Positions 51,934 through 64,000 of a DNA stretch of 64,000 nt are shown here, in pieces (position 1 is the first letter of the stretch; each line of letters starts with the position of its first letter). The translations under genes and the position numbers were made by a program. The notes below the pieces were generated by a model. It was given only the letters and a program-made list of their open reading frames with translations. It was not told the origin of the DNA and made no database searches. Origin of the DNA: Octopus sinensis (Eukaryota); NCBI RefSeq assembly GCF_006345805.1, contig NC_043002.1:83824001-83888000 (forward strand), read 5' to 3'.

Positions 51934-52069
51934 TGGTGATAATTTTAGCATGCATAGCAAAACAAAAGTGCCCCTTGTTACTCTTGGCCCCCGGGGGATG
52001 CCCGGTACTAAGGCAGCTGAAATAAAGTTATACTGAAAAGAAACCATAAAGGATAATGATAATAATGGT

Positions 52070-52500
52070 TTCAAATGTTTAACACAAGGGCAGCTTGGGA
52101 GAGGGGATTAAGTCGATTATATCGACTCCAGTACGTAACTGATACTTATTTAATCGACCCCGAAAGGATAAAAGGCAAAGTCGACATCGGCGGAATTTGA
52201 ACTTAGAACGCAACGGCAGACGATATACCGCTAATCATTTCACTCGGCGTGCTAACTATTCTGCCAGCTCGTTGTCTTTGATAATATCAAAATAATATTA
52301 ATCCTTTCTACTAAAGTCACAAGGCCTGAACTTTTTAGGGGGGGGGGGGTATTAGTCGAACGTAATGCCGGACGAAATGCTGCTAAGCATTTCGTCCGGC
52401 GTGCTAACGATTCTGCCAGCTCGCCGCCTTTAATAAAACGTCCTACGATAAGCACAAGGCCTGAAATTTTGTAGCAGGGTGCTAGGCGATTACGTAAACC
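52070..52500 (-). mobile_element. Cluster of SINE-A copies
   Basis: Reverse-complement heads ctaacgattctgccagctcgccgcc and cggcggaatttgaac. Confidence 0.8.
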
Positions 52501-52539
52501 CCAACAACAACATTAATAATGATACACTTTTCTGTAGAT

Positions 52540-52830
52540 CATATGAAAAATCGTCTGAGACAGACATGATTAACGGATGTTCAAAACTGACCCAAAAGGA
52601 GTACAAAAAAACACCATGACAAAATCGTAGTGAGAATACACTGGGATTAGGAAGTGTAGGTTAGAATGTTGCAACAAGTGGTATGAGCACCAACCTTCGC
52701 CAGTGGCAGAGAATAATCAGAATGAGACTCGCATGGTTTACGCCAATCTACATAGATAAGATGTTGCAACATAACCGACCAGATATTATTCTTCTACGGA
52801 AGGAGGCCAAGGAATGGGCTCCTTTCTGAA
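52540..52830 (+). mobile_element. R4/Dong-like LINE C-terminal (CCHC / restriction-like endonuclease) fragment
   Basis: Conceptual GCSKLTQKEYKK...HD...IHW...KWYEHQP...HNRPDII. Confidence 0.75.
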
Positions 52831-53419
52831 CTGTCCGACACTATTACAATGACGTTGTACGCATATGCCGACACGAACCTTTCACATCCTAGATCACATT
52901 GGGTGCCCCTTGAAGTATCCAACTTCCCCTGTAATGGCTCAAAGGCCAGCACGTACGGAAGGGGAGAGAATGGACATCCTTGACGGACTGAGCGACCGAA
53001 AGATGGCCGTTAATTCTGACCACCGAACAAATGCCGCTATACATTGCAGCGATCCAGCCTCTGAAAACAGGACCAGTTCTTTGGGGTTTAAATAATTCAC
53101 CTCTGGAAACATGGGTGTTTTGTTCGTCATCATTAAACAACCTTCATTCAGGGGCCTTTTGAGCAGGATTGGCTATTCAACCTGATGAAAATTCTAACAG
53201 GGCCCCAACTGCAAAGTCATGCGCTGTTTATCTTGACACAACACCATCATGTCTTGCACTTAAGGTTGTGATGCATATGTTTGGTGTACCCTTATCAGGC
53301 AGGTAGCCACGATGGGTATATTGGGCTTCGTACCCATCGTATTGGGTATTTGTACCCCAGTGTCACTTTTGATGGCATGCATTGATCTCTTGCTCAATAA
53401 TGATACTAATAATAGTATT

Positions 53420-54060
53420 TTCTTTATTAGCCATTAAGGGTTCACAAAATCATGGGGTGGGGGATATAGGACAATACAATGTAGGGCTAGAAAAGGGAGT
53501 ATGTAAAAAGAAAACAGAAATACTATCAATTCCAACAAAGAATAATCCCCCAGATGTCGGAGACCTCCGACGGCTGCTCGTGAAAACCCCTCAAAACCAC
53601 GGTCACCACGCTTTTCTTTCATCTACAGGCGCAAGTATAGAGCTAGCCCGTTCACTTGGACCATTCTCATCACATTCACCTGCCTTTCAATAAAATTACT
53701 AGAAGGCAGCACGTCCTTCTCGGCGCTCATTTTCCTTCTCAAATTGATGAGGGCTTGATCAAAAGGGCAAAGTGTCTACCTTGGCCCTTTCAATCTGGTC
53801 CCCTTCACAACCTCTTTCGCTAAGGCCACCAAACAGAAAAAGACTGCCTGTCCTTCCCGGTCAAAGGAAGAAGCAGAACGATCTTCACAATGGACTCAGC
53901 CAATAGCCGGTTCCATCCCACACATGACAGCAGGTTTTCGATATAAGCCCGAAAGTCATCAATACTGGAACACTGGACGATTGCGTGCAAAACAGTTTCA
54001 TCGCTCTGTGTGCATCTCGAACAGGCCCAAATGGCGGCACTTTCATACATCCAGAGTTTA
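53420..54060 (-). mobile_element. L1/Tx1-like LINE 3' fragment
   Basis: CSRCTQSDETVLHAIVQC zinc-knuckle motif. Confidence 0.65.
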
Positions 54061-55480
54061 TCTTGAACAGGTAATGGTGCTTTCGTAAAATTTAGAAATC
54101 AAGCATATTTACACGTATAGTGTAGGCGTGGCTGTGTGGTAAGAAGCTTGCTTCCGAACCACATGGTTCCAGTTTCATTCGCAATGCGTGGCACCTTGAA
54201 CAAGTGTCTTCTACTATAGCCCCGGGCCGACAAAAGCCTAGTGAGTGGATTTGATAGACGGAAACTGAAAGAAGCCCATTTTATATAGGTGTGTGTATAT
54301 GAGTGTGTGTGCGCGCGTGCAGTGTGCATGTGTGTATCGTGCGTGTGTGAATGTGTCTGTGTTTGTTTCCCTAACATTCCCTAACATCAACGAAAAAGGA
54401 AGACAGTATCCAGTACCTGTTACTGAGTATATATTATTTATTCCGACTGAAATTCTTTTTCTTACAATTTATATATGGAAATAATCGTATAAATGCACCG
54501 AAGGGGAAACAGGTAATGGTGCTTTCAAACAATCAGAGCATACAAACCAACAGACTATAGTTAATACCTAACGAATCATAACTAAAAAAAGAATAAACTA
54601 CAGGTAAACAATTTACGCCATAAGCAAATTCCTTTCATAGACAGAATAACCTTTAGGAACTCTGTAACTAAGAACCAGCGATGCATTACTAACAAAAAGG
54701 AGAAACAGTGACAGAAAAACAATTTAAGTGACGAGAAAATAAACAAATGGCAAAAAAATATTTAAACGTGAAAATAAGTGAAACGAAGCAAGTTAAAACA
54801 AGTTATCATAAATAGGGTAAATACTGAATCGCAAATTAATATGCAGAAAAATTTCAAAACAACAAAACGATACATAGATAAACAACACTGACCACTGAAA
54901 GTATAGCACGAACAACGAATTACATAATGAGCCAACAACTATAGTTAGCTTTTCGTGGCACTCCGTCGGTTACGACGACGAGGGTTCCAGTTGATCCGAT
55001 CAACGGAACAGCCTGCTCGTGAAATTAACGTGCAAGTGACTGAGCACTCCACAGACACGTGTACCCTTAGCAGTATTCTTGGGGGAGATTCAGCGTGACA
55101 CAGAGTGTGACAAGGCTGGCCCTTTGAAATACAGGTACAACAGAAACAGGAAAAAAGAGTGAAAGAAAGTTGTAGTGAAAGAATACAGCAGGGTTCGTCA
55201 CCCTGCCCCCTGCCGGAGCCTTGTGGAACTTTAGGTGTTTTCGCTCAATAAACACTCACAACACCCAGTCCGGAAATCGAAACCGCGATCCTATGACCGC
55301 AAGTTCGCTGCCCTAATCACTGGTCCATTGCGCCTTTTACCGTTAGCTATAGCCACCTTGACAAAATCAGACATCGGAAATCAATCAATTAAAAATGTAA
55401 CCAGAGACAACGCCCCCAAAACATGAAAAACATAAAAACAACCTTAAAAACCAACCAATACGAGTGAACCTATTCCAGCA

Positions 55481-55511
<31 letters not shown>

Positions 55512-56327
55512 ATGTATGTATGTATGTATGTTTGTTTGTATGTATATATAATCAAATATAAGCAACAGGATATCAAGATTTGATGCAGTACCACCGTTTC
55601 AAGCAACTCCATTTAATTGAATAATGCAATCATTACATCAAGTTAAATGAAGGGCTATCCTCAGCTGCATAAATAAATAAATAGAATTTTTAATCAGTTA
55701 GACACACTAATATAATTTTACTCAAATGCTCTAATAGACCAAGAAGACGGAAAGAGTCCATGTTGCCACTAATGTAGCTAAGAATATACTATACTTCTAA
55801 GAACTGTATGAAGTTTGTTGGGGTCATAGCTTGTAAAGGATTGTGGCACATTTTTAATTTATTAGTCTTTTTATCAATTACCAAATCTAAGACTAGAGAA
55901 CTGTGTCTGTTTAGAATGGAGGGCAGGAGTGAGTTGACAGCACATAGCTGGGTATGGTCATAAATATTGTCAATATTTCTAGGATTAATATAAAGTAACT
56001 GTCTATAAAGGGGGCTGGGTGGGGGAAGACCCCCAAATCAAGATGTTAATTACCAGTTAAAGAGGCACGACGCTAATAAAACCTATGATGTTAATACAGA
56101 GAAAATTATCATGGAGTACTATGGGTGATTGTATATAAACAATATTGTATAAAGATAACATTTTAGATTATTAAAAATGATATTATAACCGGAGATGTAC
56201 TCGCATAGCAAGTGATTTGATCTGAGATCGTGTGCTGGAACGAAAACAATTGCAGCGTGGAAGGTGTTTGTAAGCCATTTAAGAAACACACAAAAGCCGT
56301 TCGATTCACTTCAACATTTAAGTTTAA

Positions 56328-56377
56328 TTTGTCAAAATATTTTCGTCGCTAAAATCCGCGACCTGTTCACTGACAAA
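56328..56377 (-). ncRNA. Minimal type I hammerhead motif with swapped G3:C8 core pair
   Basis: Minus strand UUUGUCA-GUGAACA-G-GUCGC-GGAUUUUA-GCGAC-GAAA-AUAU-UU-UGACAAA: 7-bp helix I, 5-bp helix II, palindromic AAUAUU helix III. Confidence 0.65.
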
Positions 56378-57499
56378 AACCGAAATAGATAAAATGTGTA
56401 TATATATATACCATTTTTCTAACATTAGAAAGGGAAGATTACATAGAATTAGTTTAATATTCATTCATGTACTTAATTATTTACTTGTAAGGTGGTTTCT
56501 ATAAAGACTGCTCTGGATATGTTCTTATGGAATACTGGGGCGATAAATCATGTTACTTATATATTAATTATAAGCTAAGAATCAGAAAAAAAAAACGGAA
56601 AAAAATGATAAATTGTGTACAGATATACACACATATTTAACTATGTGCACACATGCAAATATACACAACTATTTATGCTTTATTATGGATATGTTATAAT
56701 CAAATCCCATAGACTTAAGTAACTAGAAAGTTTATGTCTCTATTTAAGAACAATAACAACTTATAAGGGATAACAGGTTAATAGGTAAAGATATCAAAAT
56801 AAGAAAAAAATAAGAAGAAATTATAAAGAATAGTAAGAAAATATATATAACTTACATTTTAAAGAAACAGAGTATTAAAATTTGAGGTAGTGGGGAGATA
56901 AAGATAACCTCACAGAAGAAGCAATAGGTATGTTAGTAGTGAGGGCTATTTGCTATTACATACATTATTTTATAGTTTCACAGGGGTATATAATTAGGTG
57001 GCTTACTTACATAAAAGCCATTACAAAATACATAATATGATTAGTAGGGTAGAACATCATAGAAAGGAACAAATAGTTTAATCATCAAAAACATAATTAG
57101 GCAGAATTATTCATATGATAGTAACTATATATAGCATACCACATACGATACCATATAGCTTATAACATATGCAATGCACTTTAATTCATCATATAACTCA
57201 ATATCCTATTATTTTATTATATATAATACTGGTGGGGTAAGTTCACATCAGATACAACACAAAAATTTATTTCCCTCATCCAGTTTCAAGTACAACACCT
57301 TTAAACGCTAATTTCGAAAATATTTAAATGTACGGGTGACACTATGTACGCAAGATACCCTTAGGTCTTATCTATCATTGATCAGGTTGCTCTTGTCCCT
57401 ATACTTAAAACTCTCATAAGTTTCCATAGAGCACAGCTCGCACCCGTATCGACTATTTGTACAAGGCTGCGCTTTCCTTATTATGTCCCATTTTAGGCT

Positions 57500-57554
<55 letters not shown>

Positions 57555-59364
57555 CATATATAAACTGTACACGAATACTAAAGGTAGAACAATACTTGTC
57601 TAAAGATTTCAAAGGCGTCAAGTATGAATTAGTTCTTACCTGATCCAAACGCTTTCTTAATGCCATTATACATCCCTCTGATGCTGTCAGATGTGGTAAA
57701 TTCAGAAAGCGTTGTGCGTCTACAAATACGACATGATAATTATTGCCATGTGGAGTAACTATAATTAGCTTGGTTCTAGTTTAGGTGGTGGATACCATCG
57801 AATGTAGCTACTGCAATATCTAGCCTTATTACGTTTTCCATTTCTCTTATACATGAATTTGTGATTGACGGACCTTCTAGAATCCCTGTCATGTTGGTTA
57901 GATGATGGTCAAATGTCTGCGTAAAATTGTTGTATACACCCGCCTATAGTTGATGGGGACGTCATGACAATAAATAGGGTCCTTAACATTTAAAAAAGAA
58001 GTCGAAAAAGAAGTAATGAAACTTGGATGAAGAAGTTGTTGAGAAACATACAGAATATGAGCTTTCAAACGTACAAAATCAACGAGATCTTGTATGGTTG
58101 GCTGCTGCCATATGAACTACGGAACTGTATCTGACTTAATTGCCTCCCAGTATTAGACTGGTATCCAGCTGATACTCTCCTTTCTGTTATTTTATTCTGC
58201 ACCAGCTTATATTAGTACTCACTTGGCTCAAAATACCGTTGATGACACTATTGTGAATTTTTATTGTGTTTTAGAAACGAACAAACGAATTGTCTTGTAA
58301 ATGTTAGCTTATACTATCAAAAATTTAAGAAACTACTTTGAAAATATTTCAGATTAATGCAAATTTTGGATGGTAGCGTCCAATTGACTTGAAAAGGAAG
58401 ATTTGACTGTGAATAAGTTCGTTGATAGTAGGTGTAGTATGGACGAATTATTAAGAACATTTGCTTGGCAAGTACGAAATCCCAGATTCGATCTTATTGC
58501 GAGGCATCTTGAGTAAATATTATTTTCAATAGTTTTGCGTTGATCTATCCCTTTTGAGAGACAGTGAACCGACGGAAACTATAGCTGTCCATCGAGTGGA
58601 TTGTAGCTGTAATTCTGCCCGAGAATTATGTAAAGGATACACGTATCCGTAGAATGCTCAGACTCTTTACACATTAATTCAAGAGTAGGTAACTCGGTTG
58701 AACGTATAACAGCTTCCTCAGTGTCGAAAGATGGAGATTCATTGACACCAATTCACTGAAAGTGTTTTGTGATCACGTATTGAAATAACATTACGATCAA
58801 CAGATGCTAGCATGAAACTGATTTCAAATATGAGCTTAAAAACATAGATGTCAACTGTACTGAATATTATTCGGCTGTAAGTTTATGTTCATCTTGATAA
58901 TCATAAATTCTTTATAGCAGAATTTTATATTAATATATACACTAACAAGTATATAAATTTAAAATATTATGTTCAATGATACCTTCCTTCTGGAACACGT
59001 TGTAATTCCCAACATTTTGTACTTCTTGTTTTGTTACACACACACACATAAACACACACACACACACACAAACACACGCACGCACACACATACATACACA
59101 CACACAGCTATGGATTTCTATAAGGAAACTTTATCGCTTGACTGGTGTTAGCACCGTGTCAGTCCTGTCTTCTCATCTAATATCATATTATATCCAAGCG
59201 TACATAATCCAGTATATTTAATTATTTCAAGACAGTACTTTGAGGAAGATATGGCTAATCTTTCTTGCATGTAAAATAAAGGCGTCCTAGTATTGCTAAA
59301 TAAGTAGCTGCCATTAGAAAAAAGCTATCTGTTTATACTTATTACTATAAATCAATTTATTAAT

Positions 59365-59500
59365 TCGTGACGTATATTTGCCATTTAAATATGGCTAACC
59401 CCTAAGGGTGGATGCTACTGTAATTTGTAGCCCCAGGAGGACTACAGTAGCATCCACCCTTAGGGGTTAGCCATATTTAAATGGCAAATATACGTCACGA
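59365..59500. repeat. Perfect 58-bp inverted repeat with 20-nt loop
   Basis: 59365-59422 is the exact reverse complement of 59443-59500. Confidence 0.95.
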
Positions 59501-59641
59501 TGTGTTGCAGCTACTGTTTATAACTCGCTCTAAGATTTATTATTAATTTATTAATTATATCATGTTAAATAATAAATTCAATTAAGCAATTATAATGCCA
59601 GAGACAAATTTTAACAAAATTTCTCTCGTTTATTCTCTTAG

Positions 59642-59863
59642 ATAAACAATGTAGTTGAATGGTTTACAAAAGAACTCGTCTAAAACCCAAACGTTTTAGC
59701 AACCACCAGAATCGACATAGTTGACTTTGGAAATAGCGTAGAGCTCACTGTTGCGACAGTTAACAGTTTGGAATCTCTACTCTTCAAAGAGGATTATGCT
59801 GAACGTAGTGTTGTTGATGTTGGTGTTCTTTGCTATCCTCATCTAGACCAACCTTTCTTCAAG
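59642..59863 (+). pseudogene. Gene family copy C, exon 4 homolog with in-frame TAA
   Basis: cttag| acceptor and AAG|gtgtat donor, 222 nt. INNVVEWFTKELV*NPNVLATTRIDIVDF...DYAERSVVDVGVLCYPHLDQPFFK, with TAA at 59681-59683. Confidence 0.92.
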
Positions 59864-60430
59864 GTGTATTTTTCACTGCTGGTAATATGGACGTAGTGCT
59901 GCATGCTTACCTTCTCATGCACGCCACCATCTCTGAACCAAAACAATGGAATTCTACACTTCATAGCCTGCTGCTATCTTAGCGCGCTCCTGGACAGTCA
60001 AATGACCGGCCATCTGGAAAATAAAAAATAAGAAATAAGATAATAAGAAAATAAGAATCCTCATTAATGTTGTCTGTTTAAAAAATATTTTCATCGTGAC
60101 TTCAGTGATACTAAAAGTTCTATAAACAATTTCTAATGCTTAGTTACTTTCCACCCACCCTGTATATAAATTCTTGTCTATATTCCCAGTGGATTTTTGT
60201 AAGCGAGATATGAAAAACAATATAAAAGCGTTAGTGCACGAATTAGAAAACTAGTATTCAACTCGAGATTCAGTAGAATTTAGCAGGTTAAAAATAAATC
60301 TATCCTTGGACAGAGTGTTAGTCAATCGCGTATGACAGTCCAGTATCCGTTTTATATTTTCTGTAACTCAGTAAACTGAGTTAAGCAATAATAAATCTCT
60401 GAACGAGGTATAGACAGTAACTGCACGACA

Positions 60431-60765
60431 ATGTGAAGTATATTTGCCATCTAAATATGGCTAACCACTAAGGGTGGATGTTACTGTGGCTTGTAGCCCC
60501 AGGAGAACATCTTCTCCAGCTGGCTATTGACACACTTTGTGCCCGGTGATTGTCGTGCACTGATGACGGGTCAATACCCAGAAACTGCAGTCCGTGCGTA
60601 TCACTTAGGTTGACGAGGGAAGGATAACCTCCCTTTGCAAATACCGATAGAGCACAGAAAGTGTGTCAATAGCCAGCTGGAGAAGATGTTCTCCTGGGGC
60701 TACAAGCTACATTAACATCCACCCTTAGTGGTTAGCCATATTTAGATGGCAAATATACTTCACAT
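60431..60765. repeat. 108-bp inverted repeat, same family as 59365-59500, with a degenerate hammerhead-like spacer
   Basis: Arms 60431-60538 and 60658-60765 differ at 2 positions. The spacer contains ctgatga...gggtcaataccc...gaaactgcagtc. Confidence 0.9.
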
Positions 60766-61109
60766 CAGTGAACTGAGTTAAGCAAAATTAAAAACACTTT
60801 CCTGAGATACGGGACAAAGTCTACCTTAAAATTAATATAACCAAATTTTATGCTCTCTGCAATTTGGCCTGTACATAACTATACGATAAAACTGTGTCAG
60901 GAAAACAAAATACGTTTCCTTGAGTGAGCAGAGTCAAAATATTTTCTGAACTTCAATTAGAACGATTCTGTTGTGATGTACTGCTATTCTTGAAATTAGT
61001 TTGACGGTCATTTTGAAACCTCCGAATCTTAGACGCAATATTTTTAAATGCTGAAAATGTACAATTCTAAGCGTTTACTTAATATTTACCAGAGTATTAT
61101 TTTGCTCAA

Positions 61110-61560
61110 AAGAAAGGCGGTCATTTAACAGAATCGTTAGCACGCTAGAAAAAGAGCTTAACGTCATTTTTTCCGACTTTGCGATCTTAGTTCAAGTTCC
61201 ACCGAGTCGAACTTTCCTTTTCTTTCCTCCCTTCAGGGTTAATATGATAAAAGTACCATGTGTGAACTATTGTAGATGTAATCGACTAGCCTTCTCCCTT
61301 GTGCCGTAAGTAGAAAGGATTATTTTTTCAAGTAAAAAGCAATGGATTGACAGAATCGTTAGAGCGTCGGTCAAAATGTCTTGCGGTATGTAATTACACT
61401 TCTTTACGATCTGAGTTCAAATCCGGCATGGATCAACTGTGCGTTCATCCCTCTGAGGTTGATAAAATAGAGTACCAGTCAAGTAGTGGAGTCGATTTAA
61501 TCGGAAAAATTCCTTCTACAAATTTCTCGCACAACCATTTATACAAGAGATATTTTACTA
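61110..61560 (+). mobile_element. Two degenerate SINE-A copies
   Basis: cagaatcgttag heads near 61129 and 61350, followed by gttcaa and gtacca motifs. Confidence 0.7.
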
Positions 61561-62109
61561 TGGCGAGCATTGTACTTGAAAATTCAGTGGATTAATCAGG
61601 CCGAATGATTTGTTTTTCTTTTGTAGTTCAAATTCTTGCAAAGAAACCAAACTCCTTGCTGGGACGAGAGTTAACCCGACGATAGAACTGACTCTTGTAC
61701 TCAAAGTCTCCGAGCAAAGACACCTAATTTTGTTTGACACTTTATAATATAATTAATGCTTCGTCAGATAACATTTCTGATTTTAAGTCTTCTAATGATC
61801 AACTGCAAGCGTAATGACAGTATTACGGCACTGACCCCAATCTAGGGGGACATTCAGATTGGACCGAAAAACACGAAAAACTCTCAAGTTAATGTCCTAG
61901 TGTATTTATCACTTATAAACTTATTAAGAACATGCAAAATTATTTTAGTGGTAAAAATGTAGCTCATAGGTTTTTTATTGAAAATTTTACCATGTTTGTC
62001 AAGGACTGACGGCAAACAAGCCTGCAATTCTTTACTGATGAGCTTCAAAGTAAAGAAAATAAGTCCTGTTTTTAAAATTTTCTGTTCTTTTTACTTTCTT
62101 CTGTTTTAG

Positions 62110-62484
62110 CTTTTCCGTATCCAGTTGTTTGCCTTCGGGAGAAGCAGCAGAGTGATTTTTGTGCAAAAAGACACCTGTAGAATCAAAGGACAGAACGAAG
62201 CAAAAATGTTCAAAGCCAGTAAAACGGTTTTGAGCAAACTGAGGGAAACTGTACGACAGAAGACTAGAAATGCAGCAGAGGGAACGTTCGAGACTGAACC
62301 TTGGAATTTGTGGCGGATTATATTTGTATGTTGCTTAAAGCCGAATACTGATAGAAATAAATTGACTAGAAACCACATTTTGAGTACCTATTATTATTTT
62401 ATTTTCCTGAATAAAGTCGAAACGATATACTTTCTAGTGGTGGGTAAGATTAGCTTTCTGAAAACGACCCCACCGAAAATATAA
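62110..62484 (+). pseudogene. Gene family copy C, exon 5 homolog with stop-loss
   Basis: ttttag| acceptor, LFRIQLFAFGR...GTFET. The codon at the paralogous stop position (62296-62298) is GAA instead of TAA, so the frame runs on to 62484. Confidence 0.9.
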
Positions 62485-62799
62485 TTAGATATATCGGACA
62501 AATTCTGTTTCCAGCCTACAGTTTCATTAAGCCGAAATTTATTCTGATTCCCATGATATTTAACTCTTTGAACCGTATATATATATATACATATATTTGT
62601 AGTAGATCACTAATAATATAATGGTAGGTCTCTCACAGAAATACATTTATCTTTCTCACTAAGCTCAGTTAACTGCTAACACTTGCCTATCTATCTATCT
62701 ATCGTGTTGTCCGCAGCCGAACACTATCAACCATTTGTCACCAAAATTGCCTCTCCTGCATTGCTTTTGGTTGGTAGCTCTTCATTAGACCAGAGTCTT

Positions 62800-63120
62800 C
62801 AGCCATGAATGGCAAAGTCAGCCTCGGCGAAATTTGAGCAAAGAATATAAAGACCCGAAAAAACACACATACACACACACGTGTGTGTGTGTGAATGTAA
62901 AGGCACACCAACGATTTTTTGAACAAAACAAGCAATTTGATTCCAACTCAAAACGATTGTACCAAGAACTGATTAAATTAAAATACAGATCAATGCAGTA
63001 CCAACAGCAAGAGATGTAGAAGAATGTTAGGAAGGGTCATGGGCTGCGAAAGAATCGCCCTGGAAAAGATTGAACAAATAGCAAAAACAGCACCTGAACA
63101 ACTTTGGACATCTGCAACAA
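62800..63120 (+). mobile_element. R4/Dong-like LINE fragment interrupted by a microsatellite
   Basis: FFEQNKQFDSNSKRLYQEL motif. Confidence 0.6.
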
Positions 63121-64000
63121 TAGAAGTAACTTAGGTATTTACTCTATGGTGAGTAAAATGTCACTGGAAGTCATTGGTTATAAGTCCCTTTCAGGTCCTA
63201 GAGATACCATTTGGTGGAATGAGGCTTATTCTGTAGACTACTGCATTGAAAAGTTAGAATCCTCTCAATGTGCAAATGGTATGATCCAGAAATCGCATAT
63301 AAATACTTAAGATAAAGCTTGCGTGGATGTAGGTGTGTTAGTGTGTGTGAGTGTATGTGTGGGTGTGCGCGCGCATATACACATACATATACATATATAT
63401 ATTGGTGTGATGTGAGATGCTGAAGGCAGTACTGTTTATGCAAGACTGTCTCACCTTGATAACATGCACATTAAAAACTTGCAGTATTTATATGTGCTTG
63501 GCTGATCAACGCCTCTAAAAGTGAACTACGCATACTAAGAATCCTCAGGACCATCAATTCTGATGTCAAAAGAGCGACTGGATTAGTACAATAGAAGCGA
63601 AGCTTATCTGTTATCAACTAGTTCCGCGGTATCTACGACAAACCAACCTGAAGATTAACCCAGTGTAATATCGTGTGGATTTTTATTTTTTCACATTGAA
63701 ACCTCTCTTCATTAAAGCCCTGGATCTCCGGAGACAATTCACTAAGATAAACGACCTTGATATTTGAATAGTCTTGGACGGTAGGAAATCACTTTTATAT
63801 TAGAATGACTTTTACTAGACCAAAATGGAAAGTGATCTGCTGTTCGACGCCTTCATGGGGAGTTACAACGGAACTAAGGTCGCAGACTTCGTTGAACTGT
63901 TCTTGATACTTTCAAAAAGGTACATCTACTACCAACTCAAATGTGAACGGAGACGATGGTCTAACAATTTTAAGTCAAGTTATAGATAGATACAAGAACT

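Noticed and set aside
55808-55965. ATGAAG start as exon 1 of copy C
   Set aside because: No signal-peptide pattern matching exon 1B, no donor at the expected position, and it lies in repeat-like sequence.
57630-57900. Minus-strand segment ending in a donor-like |gtaaga
   Set aside because: It contains SDSIRGMYNGIKKAFG, typical of RTE LINEs, with stops. A retroelement relic rather than a host exon.
57960-58140. Possible exon 3 of copy C (NRVL, then gaagaagttgt)
   Set aside because: A 4-residue match only, with a stop three codons later, no IAIA/QNVLL motif and wrong spacing.
59681-59683. Rescue of the copy C TAA by cephalopod A-to-I editing (UAA to UGG)
   Set aside because: Needs double editing, the codon is not in an evident duplex, Trp is not the paralogous residue, and copy C also has stop-loss and lacks 5' exons.

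Overview
AT-rich eukaryotic DNA dense in microsatellites and transposons. The SINE, Penelope and Helitron repertoire points to an octopod cephalopod (Octopus sp.; inferred from repeat families, not verified). Hidden in the repeats is a + strand tandem family of spliced genes that the ORF track shows only in pieces. Copy B is complete: 5 exons at 26981-48137 with a TATA/Inr-like promoter, encoding a 280-aa protein with an N-terminal signal peptide. Copy A shows exons 3-5 (2779-5680), with its 5' part presumably upstream of the window. Copy C is a two-exon pseudogene (59642-62484) with a nonsense codon and a lost stop. Exon lengths (201/222/189 nt) and phases are identical among copies, and A and B are about 48% identical by hand count. 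The protein has no family I can name with certainty. Its helix/strand pattern and C-terminal motif resemble Bacillus Cyt / fungal volvatoxin cytolysins, so it may be an undescribed secreted pore-forming toxin cluster (inference). A second layer is a set of Penelope-associated minimal type I hammerhead ribozyme motifs with palindromic helix III. They include a rare-looking G3:C8 swapped core (56328-56377) and a tRNA-headed composite element ending in a hammerhead-bearing Penelope-type terminus. The rest is mariner, pogo, maT, Helitron, Gypsy, R4, RTE, CR1, CRE and Tx1 relics, tRNA-derived SINEs, fold-back palindromes and a MITE with a 6-bp target-site duplication (TSD) and internal telomeric repeats.
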